Origin: an uncultured Bacteriovoracaceae bacterium
GTDB taxonomy: Bacteria > Bdellovibrionota > Bacteriovoracia > Bacteriovoracales > Bacteriovoracaceae
Direction of reading: 5' to 3'
Length of the DNA stretch: 64,000 nt
Assembly (NCBI GenBank): GCA_964012805.1
Contig: CAXGUD010000014.1
Span: forward strand, 1-64,000
Each line of letters begins with the position of its first letter. Position 1 is the stretch's first letter. The notes under the pieces are model-generated. The model worked only from the letters and a program-made list of their open reading frames with translations. It made no database searches and was not told the origin of the DNA. Below are positions 46,623 to 56,920 of the stretch, piece after piece. The translations under genes and the position numbers were made by a program.

Positions 46623-47957
46623 CTATAAAAAGTCTCTATAATTTTTTTGGCAGGCTTCTTCTACCGCCTCTATTTCTTTAGGTACATCATCGGTTAACAC
46701 TTCATGACCATTTTTAGTGATAAGAACATCATCCTCTATTCTTATACCAATACCTCTCAATTCTTGAGGCACTTTTTGATCATCTAGTGGCAAATAAAGC
46801 CCTGGCTCTATTGTAAAGACCATCCCTTCTTCGAAGGCGATATCACTCTTTTCTTCGTTGATATAGGGACTGTTGTCATGAACATCAAGGCCTAGCCAAT
46901 GTCCTGTACCGTGCGGCCAATAGTCTTTAAAGGACTGTTTTTCAAGGTGCTCCTGAAAACTGCCCTCAAGTACATTCAAATCCATTAGTCCCTGCACTAA
47001 AACTTTAGTTGCAGCGTCGTGATTATGAGTTAAAGTGTTTCCAACTTTTGACTCTTCCATTGCCTTTTTTTGTGCTTCAAGAACAATTTGATAGACATCT
47101 TTCTGGGCCCTCGAAAAAGAGCCATTAACAGGAAAAGTTCTTGTTATGTCAGATGCATAAAGTCCAAATTCGCAGCCAGCATCAATAAGGAGCAAGTCCT
47201 CCTTATTTAAAACTTCATTATTGTTAATGTAGTGGAGTATATTGGCGTTATTCCCACCAGCAACAATAGACTGGTAAGCAGACCCTTGAGCACCTTCCTT
47301 TTTAAAGATATATTCCATCAAAGCCTGAACTTCATATTCATTCTTTCCTGGACTCGTAAAGGCCATGGCCGCTTTATGGGCCTTGGAAGATATTGCGCTT
47401 GCCTTTCGAATCAAAGAAATTTCTTCAGCATCTTTCTTCAACCTCATCATTCCAATAATAGGAGGTAAGTTAACCATTTTTTGAGGGCTTGCGATTTTAC
47501 TTTTTTTCCTTCCAGATAGGCTTCTCAAATGTTCCAGAGATTTATCCACAAGGGGTTTATTTGAAAAAAGGTCTAAAAACACCTTTGAGTGATTTTGTAA
47601 TAATTCAGGTAGTTTCTTATCAAGGTCATGAATTGAAAAGACAAGGTCAACTCCCAAAGCTTCTTTTGCCTTATCTAAACCTAGCCGTCTTCCTTCCCAC
47701 ATCTCAGCGACCTTATCCTTAGGTCTAAGAAAGAGGGTCGTCCTCCCTTCTTTATTGTTTGGACATAAAACAAGAAGGCTTTCAGGTTCATCAAAGCCAG
47801 TTAGGTAGTTAAAATTACTGTCTTGTCTAAAAGGGTAACCTGTATCAAAAGACTTTATCTTCTCTTCGCCTGAAGGTATTAAAGCGACACCGTCCCCTAG
47901 AAGAGAAAATAATTCTTCCCTTCTTCTTAAATAAACTGAATTATTTAAAGTACTCAC
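46623..47957 (-). CDS. pepP: Xaa-Pro aminopeptidase
   Basis: FRQDSNF.YLTGF.EP, IDAG, SDITRT, HWLGLDVHD, TIEPG and RIEDD motifs. Confidence 0.96.
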   Translation of the reverse strand: MSTLNNSVYLRRREELFSLLGDGVALIPSGEEKIKSFDTGYPFRQDSNFNYLTGFDEPESLLVLCPNNKEGRTTLFLRPKDKVAEMWEGRRLGLDKAKEALGVDLVFSIHDLDKKLPELLQNHSKVFLDLFSNKPLVDKSLEHLRSLSGRKKSKIASPQKMVNLPPIIGMMRLKKDAEEISLIRKASAISSKAHKAAMAFTSPGKNEYEVQALMEYIFKKEGAQGSAYQSIVAGGNNANILHYINNNEVLNKEDLLLIDAGCEFGLYASDITRTFPVNGSFSRAQKDVYQIVLEAQKKAMEESKVGNTLTHNHDAATKVLVQGLMDLNVLEGSFQEHLEKQSFKDYWPHGTGHWLGLDVHDNSPYINEEKSDIAFEEGMVFTIEPGLYLPLDDQKVPQELRGIGIRIEDDVLITKNGHEVLTDDVPKEIEAVEEACQKNYRDFL

Positions 47958-47980
47958 AAGATTTTTCTCCTCTAAATCTA

Positions 47981-49588
47981 TTATAAAATATCACCAAGAA
48001 GTGACCCTATTTTTTCCTTTCCAATAATCCTCATAAAGCCAGCTAGTTTAGGACCTTTCTCTTTGGAAATGAGTATTCCATAGAGAAGGGTAAAGGCATC
48101 TGAAGGTTGGAGCTCCACTTTGTGGATCATTTCGTAGAGCTTTTCATGAAGCTCTTTATCATTTGTAATATCATCCCAGCCTTGTCCTAGAAATGCCTGA
48201 AGCTCTTTCAAAAAGCCTCTTTGAAGCTCATTCATTTCTACTTTGGGGGCTTTTTCATTTATTTTAAACTTAAAATCCTCAGGAGCGTAATGATTTATCC
48301 AAAATAAGGCCCTTTCAGAGCGTTCCCGAAGCCTTCTTTCGTCTCTTTCATTTTTCATCTCATTTTTGTAAGCTTCCCGTACTTTTTCAAGGTTTCCGTT
48401 ATGGATTTGAAGGATGTTACAAAGGTGCCTGAAGGCAGGCTGAAAAGGCATCTCTTTAGGAACTTCACCAATAGAGGAAATTTCATAAACTCTCTTGGCC
48501 ATGGCCACTTTCTTTTGGTTGCCTTGATCCACACCAAAAGCAAGTCGTTCCTGCCTATCAAAATCTTCATAAGTTTTAATAACATCCAAATCAAAGCTGA
48601 CAGAAAACTCAGCATTAGATTTATAACTTGCAAAAATCCACCTCACCATTTCTGGCTCATAAATATCGAGGACATCTTTAAGCGTAATAACATTTCCTGA
48701 TGAGGAACTCATTTTACCACCAGCACCTTTAATACTTACAAATTCGTATTGAAGATAAATTGGTGGCTTGCCTCCATAAACTGGCCCAACAATCTCTTTG
48801 GCTGTGGTAAAACTCCCTCCCTCACTTGAATGGTCTTTTCCACCTGGCTCAAAGTCGACACTTTCATAGGCCCACCTCATAGGCCAATCCATTCGCCACG
48901 GAAGCTTGGCCCTGGAAGTTTCATCTAATTTTAATGAACCTTTATGGCCACAAAGTTCACAAGTGTAATGGACGGTATTTTCCCCATCATAACTCATAGT
49001 CGCTATCTTATCTCTGTTACATTCTTCGCAATAAATTGAAAGCGGAAGCCAGTCATCTCCAAGAGGCTGCTTTCTATGGGCATCTAAAACAGTTTTAATA
49101 TTTTTAGTGTTGGCAAGAGTCTTCTTAATTTCTTCCTTATAGTCGCCTTTCTTATATTTTTTTGCTTGATAGATAGCTTCAACATCCACGCCAACCCGAC
49201 TCAACTGAGCTTCGTAATTCTTCTCGTGATGCGAAGCATAACTCTCTGTTTTTCCATAAGGGTCAGGAGTATCAACTATAGGTTGAAACATGTAAGTCTT
49301 CAGCTCTTCCTGCTTAGGCATATTCGCTGGAACTTTTCTAAAAGTGTCATAGTCGTCCCAACTAAAAATAAAGCGGACCTTCTTCCCTCTGTCCCTTAAG
49401 GCCCTTGCCACAAAGTCGACAGTTATTGTCTCTCGAAAGTTTCCAAAGTGAACAACGCCTGATGGTGTAATTCCACTGGCCACAGTATAGCTTTCTTTAT
49501 CACCACACTGCCTTATAATTCTATCAGCAGTAGCATCCGCCCAATGAATCGCTTTAAATGATCCTGACTTTTCTTCCTTCTTACCCAT
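47981..49588 (-). CDS. lysS: Lysine--tRNA ligase, class I
   Basis: HWAD, SGITPSGVVHFGNFRE, KLPWRMDWPMRW, EPGGKDH, KMSSS and GPKL motifs; ATG 49588 with GAGG RBS. Confidence 0.97.
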   Translation of the reverse strand: MGKKEEKSGSFKAIHWADATADRIIRQCGDKESYTVASGITPSGVVHFGNFRETITVDFVARALRDRGKKVRFIFSWDDYDTFRKVPANMPKQEELKTYMFQPIVDTPDPYGKTESYASHHEKNYEAQLSRVGVDVEAIYQAKKYKKGDYKEEIKKTLANTKNIKTVLDAHRKQPLGDDWLPLSIYCEECNRDKIATMSYDGENTVHYTCELCGHKGSLKLDETSRAKLPWRMDWPMRWAYESVDFEPGGKDHSSEGGSFTTAKEIVGPVYGGKPPIYLQYEFVSIKGAGGKMSSSSGNVITLKDVLDIYEPEMVRWIFASYKSNAEFSVSFDLDVIKTYEDFDRQERLAFGVDQGNQKKVAMAKRVYEISSIGEVPKEMPFQPAFRHLCNILQIHNGNLEKVREAYKNEMKNERDERRLRERSERALFWINHYAPEDFKFKINEKAPKVEMNELQRGFLKELQAFLGQGWDDITNDKELHEKLYEMIHKVELQPSDAFTLLYGILISKEKGPKLAGFMRIIGKEKIGSLLGDIL

Positions 49589-49699
49589 ATTGACCTCAAA
49601 ATAAAAAAATGACATCTTGCCCTTTACAACCTTGGTTTTAATATCATTTTGTGACCATATGTCCAATTCAAAACTTTGAAATAATAAGAGGCAAACCCA

Positions 49700-49972
49700 A
49701 TGATTTTAGGATTTTTGTTTAAACTTTTTCTTTTTTATATACTGTTTCTCTTTATACGAGGCCTTTACAAAGCCTATAAAACCCTCCAAGTCTTTAAAGG
49801 CGCCCAGGAACAGTTTAAAGATCAATGGAAACATTCAAATTCCCAGCATTACAGAGGCGCTCCCAACTCATCCTCACAAAATGAAAACACTTCCCAAAAT
49901 AACACCATTGAGGCAGAATACCGTGTTCTAGACGAATCTAATGAGGGAAATCAAAAATCCTCTAAACCATAA
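49700..49972 (+). CDS. Small single-TM hypothetical protein
   Basis: N-terminal TM; C-terminal TIEAEYRV motif; GAGG RBS. Confidence 0.75.
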   Translation: MILGFLFKLFLFYILFLFIRGLYKAYKTLQVFKGAQEQFKDQWKHSNSQHYRGAPNSSSQNENTSQNNTIEAEYRVLDESNEGNQKSSKP

Positions 49973-50031
49973 AACCGAACGCCTTAAAATGAACAAGGCT
50001 TATTTAGGTCTTTTTTCGCAGGGAGTGGATT

Positions 50032-50694
50032 ATGAGTAAAAAAATTGGAGTCTTACTTTCAGGATGTGGTTACCTTGACGGCGCGGAAATTAGAGAAGCT
50101 GTTTTAACGCTTCTTGCCTTAGATAAAGAAGGGGTAGAGGTTTCTATCTTTGCTCCAAATGAAAGACAACACCATGTTGTTAATCATTTGAAAGCCGATG
50201 AATCAAAAAGCGAGCAAAGAAATATTTTTATAGAAGCCGCACGTATCGCAAGAGGTCAAATAACTCCTCTCGAAAATGTAAAAAGTGACGACCTTGACGG
50301 ACTTGTTATACCTGGCGGATATGGTGTGGCCAAAAACCTATGTGAATTTGCTTTTAAAGGACACCAGGCTTCTACAAATGATAAAGTTAAAAACCTCATA
50401 CTCGACCTGTACAAAGCAAAAAAGCCTATTGGCGCTCTTTGTATAGCTCCGGCCCTCATAGGACTTGTTCTTGGAGAGCATGGGGTCCAAGTCACCATTG
50501 GTGATGATAAAGAAATGGCTCAAGAAATTGAAAAAACTGGAGCTAAACATATCAATAAAGAAGCCAATGAAGCCCATGCAGATGAGACACATAAAATCGT
50601 ATCAACACCTGCCTATATGTATGGTGAGGCCCGCTTATCAGACATTAATCAAGGCATTACAAAGTGTGTCGATCAAGTCTTGAACTGGGTATAA
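50032..50694 (+). CDS. elbB: ElbB/ES1 glyoxalase (DJ-1/PfpI family)
   Basis: LSGCGYLDGAEI, EAARIARG, PGGYG.AKNL, CIAP and STPAYM motifs. Confidence 0.95.
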   Translation: MSKKIGVLLSGCGYLDGAEIREAVLTLLALDKEGVEVSIFAPNERQHHVVNHLKADESKSEQRNIFIEAARIARGQITPLENVKSDDLDGLVIPGGYGVAKNLCEFAFKGHQASTNDKVKNLILDLYKAKKPIGALCIAPALIGLVLGEHGVQVTIGDDKEMAQEIEKTGAKHINKEANEAHADETHKIVSTPAYMYGEARLSDINQGITKCVDQVLNWV

Positions 50695-50709
50695 AAAAGT
50701 AAGTTATTC

Positions 50710-50928
50710 TTACTTTTTAAAAATATTAAAGAGAAGGCTCAAAACAACGCTCAAGATAATACAAGTTACCAGGGGAAAGTGAAAACTAAAGTTTCCTTTT
50801 TTGAAGGAGATGTCCCCTGGAAGCTTTCCAAATGGAAAGTTTTTAAATCCAAAGTGCCACAAGAGCCCAACGATAATAAAAGCAACACCTAAAGCAACAA
50901 ACAATTTTGGTCCATTCCCCATTTTCAC
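50710..50928 (-). CDS. DUF2905 family membrane protein
   Basis: GKLPGDI...NFSFHFPLVTCIILSVVLSL. Confidence 0.9.
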   Translation of the reverse strand: MKMGNGPKLFVALGVAFIIVGLLWHFGFKNFPFGKLPGDISFKKGNFSFHFPLVTCIILSVVLSLLFNIFKK

Positions 50929-51100
50929 CTTCGATTTTTAACTATGGCCTTTTGGCATTTGTCTAGACCCTATCAAAACCGTCAAAACTACTGGGACTTT
51001 ATTCCCTCTACCAACGACTTAAAAACTTCTCCTATAATTATCATAGGATCTCATGAGTTGAAAAACTCCTTTTAAAACCTTTAAAATAAGGTAAAAAACC

Positions 51101-51874
51101 ATGATCGAAATGGAAATCAAGAGAGATATTGAAAGAGAAGACAAGAAGGAAAAAGAAAAAAGACCTTACCCTCATTCTTCACAACAATACTTTAATAAAT
51201 TACCTGTTCAATCCATTCCACAAAATGTTGTCCTCTATGAAGATCCTCTTCTTTCAAAGCGGATAGAAGTAATTGAATCTGGGCACTTAAGAATCGAAAG
51301 AAATCAGGAAGAAATGAGGCAAGCTTTTAAAAAAATGGAAAAAGATATTGATTGTCTAGAAAAGCTGGCCTCAGAAAACCTCCGGCTTTTTAAAGAAAGC
51401 AAAGTTAAAGATGAAAACTACTGGAAGACTTTGACCGATGCAAAAGAAGATTCTTCAAAAAAGGCCATAACAATTGGCATGGGAATACTTCTATCTATTG
51501 CAGTGGGTATCCTGCTCCCCTATTTTAAATCTCAAAAATTGGCTTTTGTAGATGATCCGGAAGAGATCGTTAGCCTCTTAAAGCTCCATCAGAACGAAAA
51601 TGAGAAGACCCCATCAGCACAAGGTTTTTCATCAGAAAAAAACTCATTCACGGCTCCAAAGCAAAAACCACATAACTTTTTAGTCTCAATGAAGTTCGTC
51701 AATATCAGAAAAGAACCAAGCCTAAACTCTAAAACAATCCTAACAATCCCTCCTAATCAAAGAGTCAAACTTTTAAAAAAATATGGTGGATGGCGCTTCA
51801 TCTCATTTTTTGACCATGTTAAAAGTCAAAAAGTAGAAGGGTGGGCCTATTACGAGTTTTTTACTTCCAACTAA
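51101..51874 (+). CDS. Membrane protein with N-terminal coiled coil and C-terminal SH3b domain
   Basis: Central TM segment; VNIRKEPSLNSK.I..I...V..L....W...EGW. Confidence 0.8.
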   Translation: MIEMEIKRDIEREDKKEKEKRPYPHSSQQYFNKLPVQSIPQNVVLYEDPLLSKRIEVIESGHLRIERNQEEMRQAFKKMEKDIDCLEKLASENLRLFKESKVKDENYWKTLTDAKEDSSKKAITIGMGILLSIAVGILLPYFKSQKLAFVDDPEEIVSLLKLHQNENEKTPSAQGFSSEKNSFTAPKQKPHNFLVSMKFVNIRKEPSLNSKTILTIPPNQRVKLLKKYGGWRFISFFDHVKSQKVEGWAYYEFFTSN

Positions 51875-51947
51875 ATTTTATCTTTATTAATTTCCTTCAA
51901 CCAAAAAAAATTGGTTCATTAATAATGAATTTTAGAAGCATTAACCC

Positions 51948-51976
51948 TTGGAAATTAGCTAGAATATGGGCATACT
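51948..51976 (+). promoter_or_regulatory. Sigma-70-like promoter of fadIJ
   Basis: TTGGAA-N17-CATACT. Confidence 0.4.
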
Positions 51977-52042
51977 AGTGCCAAAATTTTTAGATTAAAT
52001 CACCTAAACATTTTTCCACCTTCAACCTTTAACAAGGACATA

Positions 52043-53374
52043 ATGGTTATGGCTTCTGAAACGACCACACCTAATAACGGAATTAATAATTCAGACGTTC
52101 CTGTCATCATAGATGGAGTGAGAACTCCTTTTTTAAGAAGCAATGGGGCTTTTTCTAACTTTATGGCCTACGACCTAGGGCGCTTGGCCATCTCAGGACT
52201 TATGGGAAAAACCGGGCTTAGTCCAAAAGAAGTTGATCAAGTTATTTACGGAATTGTCGTTCCAGACCCGTCAACCCCCAACATTGCTAGGGAATGTATG
52301 CTTGGAGCTGGCCTCAGTGATTCAACACCTGCCCACACGGTATCAATGGCCTGCATAACCTCAAATATGGCCGCAACGACTGCCGCTGATCAAATCAGAC
52401 TTGGAAAATGTAAAACTGCCGTCATAGGTGGAGTGGATCATATGTCTGACCCTCCCATAAGAGTTTCTAGAAACCTCCGACAGGCGCTTATTCGATTACA
52501 AAAAGCAAAATCTCCTGCCCAAGTTTTTGGCCAGATTAGAAAGTTATCTTTTAAAGACCTTATGCCTCAGGTCCCTTCCATTACAGAGTTTTCAAACGGT
52601 CTTACCATGGGGCAAGGCTGTGAAAGAATGGCCATGGCGATGGGGGCCACAAGAGCAGAAAGCGATGAATTCGCTGCAAGAAGCCACCAACTAGCTTTTA
52701 AGGCCCAAAAAGAAGGTGTCTACGAAGGGGATATTATCCCTATAAAAGTTCCCCCCAAATTTGCTCTCGTGGACCAGGACAATGGTCCTAGAGGAGACAC
52801 AACTGTAGAAAGCCTTTCCAAACTACGGCCTGCCTTTGATAAAAAGTTTGGTATTGTTACTGCTGGTAGTGCCTCATTTCTTACTGACGGGGCTTCAGCT
52901 GTCCTCATGATGGGGAAAAAACATGCCGAAAAATTAAATTACCAGCCACTTGCCATCTTAAAGGATTACGTCTTTAAAGCAGGTGACCCTAAAGATGAAA
53001 TGCTACTTGGGCCTGCTTTGGCGATTCCGGACCTACTTGCCCAAAACAACCTAACAACAGCAGACATTGATGTATGGGAGATACATGAAGCTTTTGCCGC
53101 TCAAGTCGTCTGTTTTTTTAAAGCTTTTCAAGATAAAAACTTTATGAAAAACCGTCTTGGTCACGACCAAACATTTGGAGAACTTCCTCTTGAAAAAATC
53201 AATATCTACGGCGGCTCCTTAAGCCTCGGACACCCTTTTGCAGCCACCGGTGGAAGGCTTTTAACAACTGCTTCAAAAAGGCTCCAAAAAGAGAACGCTA
53301 AATATGCTGTCGTCGCTGGCTGCGCAGCTGGAGGTCATGGAAGTGCTATCCTTCTTGAAAACCCAAACCTATAA
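52043..53374 (+). CDS. fadI: Acetyl-CoA C-acyltransferase (thiolase), FadI/TFP-beta type
   Basis: GVRTPF, NIARE, ACITS, HEAFAAQ, GHPFAATG and CAAGG motifs. Confidence 0.93.
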   Translation: MVMASETTTPNNGINNSDVPVIIDGVRTPFLRSNGAFSNFMAYDLGRLAISGLMGKTGLSPKEVDQVIYGIVVPDPSTPNIARECMLGAGLSDSTPAHTVSMACITSNMAATTAADQIRLGKCKTAVIGGVDHMSDPPIRVSRNLRQALIRLQKAKSPAQVFGQIRKLSFKDLMPQVPSITEFSNGLTMGQGCERMAMAMGATRAESDEFAARSHQLAFKAQKEGVYEGDIIPIKVPPKFALVDQDNGPRGDTTVESLSKLRPAFDKKFGIVTAGSASFLTDGASAVLMMGKKHAEKLNYQPLAILKDYVFKAGDPKDEMLLGPALAIPDLLAQNNLTTADIDVWEIHEAFAAQVVCFFKAFQDKNFMKNRLGHDQTFGELPLEKINIYGGSLSLGHPFAATGGRLLTTASKRLQKENAKYAVVAGCAAGGHGSAILLENPNL

Positions 53375-53465
53375 AAAGGTTGAAAGTGCTTTAAGAAAAG
53401 GAAAATCTTCATTTGAAAAAATGAAAACAAATGAAAAAACAAAAAAAGAACACAAAGGATAAGGC

Positions 53466-55646
53466 ATGAGTTTACCAAATTTAAAATATTTTAACCTCTC
53501 CGTAAAAGATAACGTTCTTATTATTGCTTTTGACGACCCTGAGGAAAAGGTCAATACATTAAATCTTAAAATGACTAGTGAATTCCATCAGATCATGGAT
53601 ATCATTGATAATGATGACAATATAAAGGCCACCGTTTTTACTTCTGGTAAAGCTGATAATTTTATAGTTGGTGCCGATATAAAAATGATCAAAGAGTTTA
53701 AAACAAAAGAAGACGTCGTTAAAACATCTAAGGAAGGGCATGAACTTTTTAAAAGAATTGAAAAACACAAAAAACCTTCCGTAGCTGCCATTAATGGTCC
53801 CTGTTTAGGTGGTGGCCTAGAAGTTGCTCTTTCCTGCCATTATCGACTTGCCTCAGACAGCTCAAAAACAATTCTGGGTTTGCCGGAAGTTATGCTGGGT
53901 CTTCTTCCTGGTGGAGGTGGAACCCAGAGACTCCCGAAACTCATAGGCATTCAAAAGGCTCTCGACATGATGTTAACAGGGAAAAATATAAAACCTGCAA
54001 AAGCAAAAAAGATGGGTCTTGTTGATGATGTGGTTTGTCCGGAAAGCCTTGAAAAAATTGCTGTCCAGGTTGCCCAAAAACTTGCTTCAGGAACGATGAA
54101 AATAAAAAGATGGAAAGCCAAAGGAAAAGACAAAGTTCTTGAAGATAATTTTGCTGGGAGGGCCTTAGTCTTTAACCAAGCCAAGAGCATGGTTTTGAAA
54201 AAAACAGGTGGTCTCTATCCTGCCCCTCTAAAAATTCTAGAAGCTGTCAAAGCTGGTGTTAATTCTGGAGCTAAAAAAGGATATGAAGCAGAGGCAGACC
54301 TCTTCGGAGACTTGGCCATGACAAGAGAATCAAAGTCTCTCATTTCGCTTTTTGAGGGCCAGACAAGCCTTAAAAAGAACCGCTATGGAAGCCCAGAAAA
54401 TAAGCCTGATTGGATAGGAGTCATTGGTGGAGGCCTTATGGGCTCTGGTATCTCTCTTGTTAATATACAAAAAGGAATCAAGACGAGGCTCAAAGACCTT
54501 AGTCAAGAGTCGTTAGGAAAAAGTGAAAAATATGTTTGGGGTGCTCTTAATAAAAGAGTTAAAAGAAGGGCCATGAGTTCATTTGAAAGAGACAAAGTTT
54601 TCTCATCTCTGACAACCCAAACAGACTGGTCTGTTTTTGAAAAGTGCCCTCTTGTTATTGAGGCAGTCTTTGAAGACCTTAGCCTGAAACAACATATTCT
54701 TGAAGAGTTTGAAAAAATAGCACCAGAGGACTGTGTTTTTGCAAGTAATACATCGGCCCTTCCCATTAAACAAATTGCCGCTGTTTCAAAGAGACCAGAA
54801 AATGTTCTAGGTATGCATTACTTCTCCCCTGTTGAAAAGATGCCACTTTTAGAAATTATTGTCACTGATAAAACATCTGACCGCGCTGCCAGTCTTGCTG
54901 TTGAAATGGGAATGAAACAAGGAAAAACAGTTATTGTTGTCAATGATGGGCCAGGTTTTTATACAACGCGAATTCTTGCTCCACTTACTGATGAAGCTGC
55001 CATCATTGCCCTTGAAGGCACTGATCTTCATCACATCAATAATATTATGAAAGACTTTGGTTTTCCTGTAGGCCCTATTACACTCTGTGATGAAGTTGGA
55101 CTTGATGTGGCCATGCATATTGCTAAGGACTTAAAAAAGGCTTTAGGTGAAAGAATCTGCTCTGCCCCTTCAGAGCTTATTGATGACCTCGTTAAAAATA
55201 ATATGAATGGAAGAAAGAGTGGGAAAGGCTTTTTTCTCTACAATGAGACAAAATCATCGAACCCATTGACTAAAATTTTCAAAGGTTCAGGAAAAGAAAT
55301 AAACCCTGCTGCATTGAAAATCGTTAGAGAAAATAGAATTGAGCTCAAAGGTCCACAATGCTCAGATGAGGAATTACAAAAAAGAATCGCTTATCGTATG
55401 ATTAACGAAAGTGCTCTTTGCCTTCAGGAGAAGATTATTAAAAACCCAGTTGATGGTGACATTGGCGCTGTCTTTGGTCTTGGTTTTCCGCCAACTTTTG
55501 GAGGGCCTTTCCGCTACCTAGATTTAATAGGTGCCCAAAGTTTTCTAAATGACATGAAAAAATTTGAAGATAGATATGGAGAACGCTTTAAAGTCGCTAA
55601 AATAATTGAAGATTACGCTAAAGAAAATAAGAAATTTCACGACTAA
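53466..55646 (+). CDS. fadJ: Fatty acid oxidation complex alpha subunit, FadJ/TFP-alpha type
   Basis: GADI, CLGGGLE, PEVMLGLLPGGGGTQRLP, GGGLMG, SNTSALP, MHYFSP and GLGFPP motifs. Confidence 0.94.
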   Translation: MSLPNLKYFNLSVKDNVLIIAFDDPEEKVNTLNLKMTSEFHQIMDIIDNDDNIKATVFTSGKADNFIVGADIKMIKEFKTKEDVVKTSKEGHELFKRIEKHKKPSVAAINGPCLGGGLEVALSCHYRLASDSSKTILGLPEVMLGLLPGGGGTQRLPKLIGIQKALDMMLTGKNIKPAKAKKMGLVDDVVCPESLEKIAVQVAQKLASGTMKIKRWKAKGKDKVLEDNFAGRALVFNQAKSMVLKKTGGLYPAPLKILEAVKAGVNSGAKKGYEAEADLFGDLAMTRESKSLISLFEGQTSLKKNRYGSPENKPDWIGVIGGGLMGSGISLVNIQKGIKTRLKDLSQESLGKSEKYVWGALNKRVKRRAMSSFERDKVFSSLTTQTDWSVFEKCPLVIEAVFEDLSLKQHILEEFEKIAPEDCVFASNTSALPIKQIAAVSKRPENVLGMHYFSPVEKMPLLEIIVTDKTSDRAASLAVEMGMKQGKTVIVVNDGPGFYTTRILAPLTDEAAIIALEGTDLHHINNIMKDFGFPVGPITLCDEVGLDVAMHIAKDLKKALGERICSAPSELIDDLVKNNMNGRKSGKGFFLYNETKSSNPLTKIFKGSGKEINPAALKIVRENRIELKGPQCSDEELQKRIAYRMINESALCLQEKIIKNPVDGDIGAVFGLGFPPTFGGPFRYLDLIGAQSFLNDMKKFEDRYGERFKVAKIIEDYAKENKKFHD

Positions 55647-55656
55647 AAACTAAACT

Positions 55657-56904
55657 TTAAGATTCTTCTTCCTTTTTTTCCTGAAAGGGAAGAAGGATCT
55701 TAAAGCAGGTTTGAGGACCATCCACAAGCTTAAGGCTCCCATTATGATTTTCAATAATACTTTGGGAAATACTTAAACCTAAGCCTGTCTTCTTGGGAAT
55801 TTCTGTTGAAAAAAAAGGCTCAAATATTTTCTCCCTTATAGACTCAGGGATTTCTTTTCCAGAGTCTGAAAATAGTACTTCAATTTCTTTATTTGATTTT
55901 TTTGATACCACAATTTTTATCCAAGACTTATCTTCACCTCGTCCATATTCAAAGCTATTTATAACTAGATTTGAGAAAGCCTGCTGCAATTCAACTTTTC
56001 TTGCATGAACGGTAAGGCCACCTTCACACTGAACATTGATTTCATAAGAGTAATTTTTAAGTTTCTCCAAATAAAGCTCAAAAGAGTTTAAGATTATTGG
56101 TTTCAAATCAATAGTTTCAAAAGGATCATGAGAACCATCTTTTGCAAAATTTCTCAACTCTTTTATTATCTTTGTTATTCGATTCGAGTTATCTTTTAAT
56201 TTGTCAGCAACATCAATCAAAGAATCTTCGACTTCCTTTGCTACCTCATTTTTTTTTAGAATTTTCTTTAGGGTATAAATTTGTCCTACGATAATTGTAA
56301 GGGGGTTGTTTATTTCATGAGATACGCCTCCGGCCATCTCACTCAGTGTCGCCATTTTTGAGGCATTAAAAGACATCATAACTTTTGAATCCGGAAAAAT
56401 ATCCGGTGTACTTTTTTTTAAACCCTTTAAATTAATTAAAGTTAAGCATGGACCTACAAAGAAAAAAACTTTATAAATTACTTCCCACTCCCTTTTAGAT
56501 AAAAGGGCCTCAGTATACGAAGAAACATCACCACCACTCTCAAACACTATAAAATAAAAAGATGTAATTAAAAGAGGTAAGAATACTAGGTAAAAGTGTC
56601 TTATCCCTTTTAAAAAGGCACTAAAAAAAGGTAATAAAAATGCGAAGAAAAGGTATGGAGAATTTAATTTTCCAGTATTCCAAAGACAAATTATCCAAAA
56701 AACCAACGATGAAATGATCCAAGTTTGATAGATGGCCTCTGTTTCTTTTTTAGATTTCCATGTCCATAGTCCGCTTGCAAGTAATAAAACAACATAAAAA
56801 AAAGATAATGTACTCAGATTAGGTTGAAGAGATAAAAGATTTAAGCCGACCAGAATGCCCAAAAAACCGTAGTAGATGAGGATTCCAAAAAAGAACTTTC
56901 CCAT
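55657..56904 (-). CDS. Membrane sensor histidine kinase (class I) with degenerate G boxes
   Basis: About 6 TM segments; HEINNPL H-box; NLVINS N-box; IFEPFFST F-box; DSGKE and KKTGLGL in place of canonical G boxes. Confidence 0.88.
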   Translation of the reverse strand: MGKFFFGILIYYGFLGILVGLNLLSLQPNLSTLSFFYVVLLLASGLWTWKSKKETEAIYQTWIISSLVFWIICLWNTGKLNSPYLFFAFLLPFFSAFLKGIRHFYLVFLPLLITSFYFIVFESGGDVSSYTEALLSKREWEVIYKVFFFVGPCLTLINLKGLKKSTPDIFPDSKVMMSFNASKMATLSEMAGGVSHEINNPLTIIVGQIYTLKKILKKNEVAKEVEDSLIDVADKLKDNSNRITKIIKELRNFAKDGSHDPFETIDLKPIILNSFELYLEKLKNYSYEINVQCEGGLTVHARKVELQQAFSNLVINSFEYGRGEDKSWIKIVVSKKSNKEIEVLFSDSGKEIPESIREKIFEPFFSTEIPKKTGLGLSISQSIIENHNGSLKLVDGPQTCFKILLPFQEKKEEES

Positions 56905-56920
56905 CTCAAGTCACTTCTCC

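Noticed and set aside
40947..55118. Many short ORFs antisense or out-of-frame within gcvP, pepP, lysS, elbB and fadIJ (and similar ones elsewhere)
   Set aside because: They lie inside well-supported genes and have no recognisable motifs; treated as shadow ORFs.
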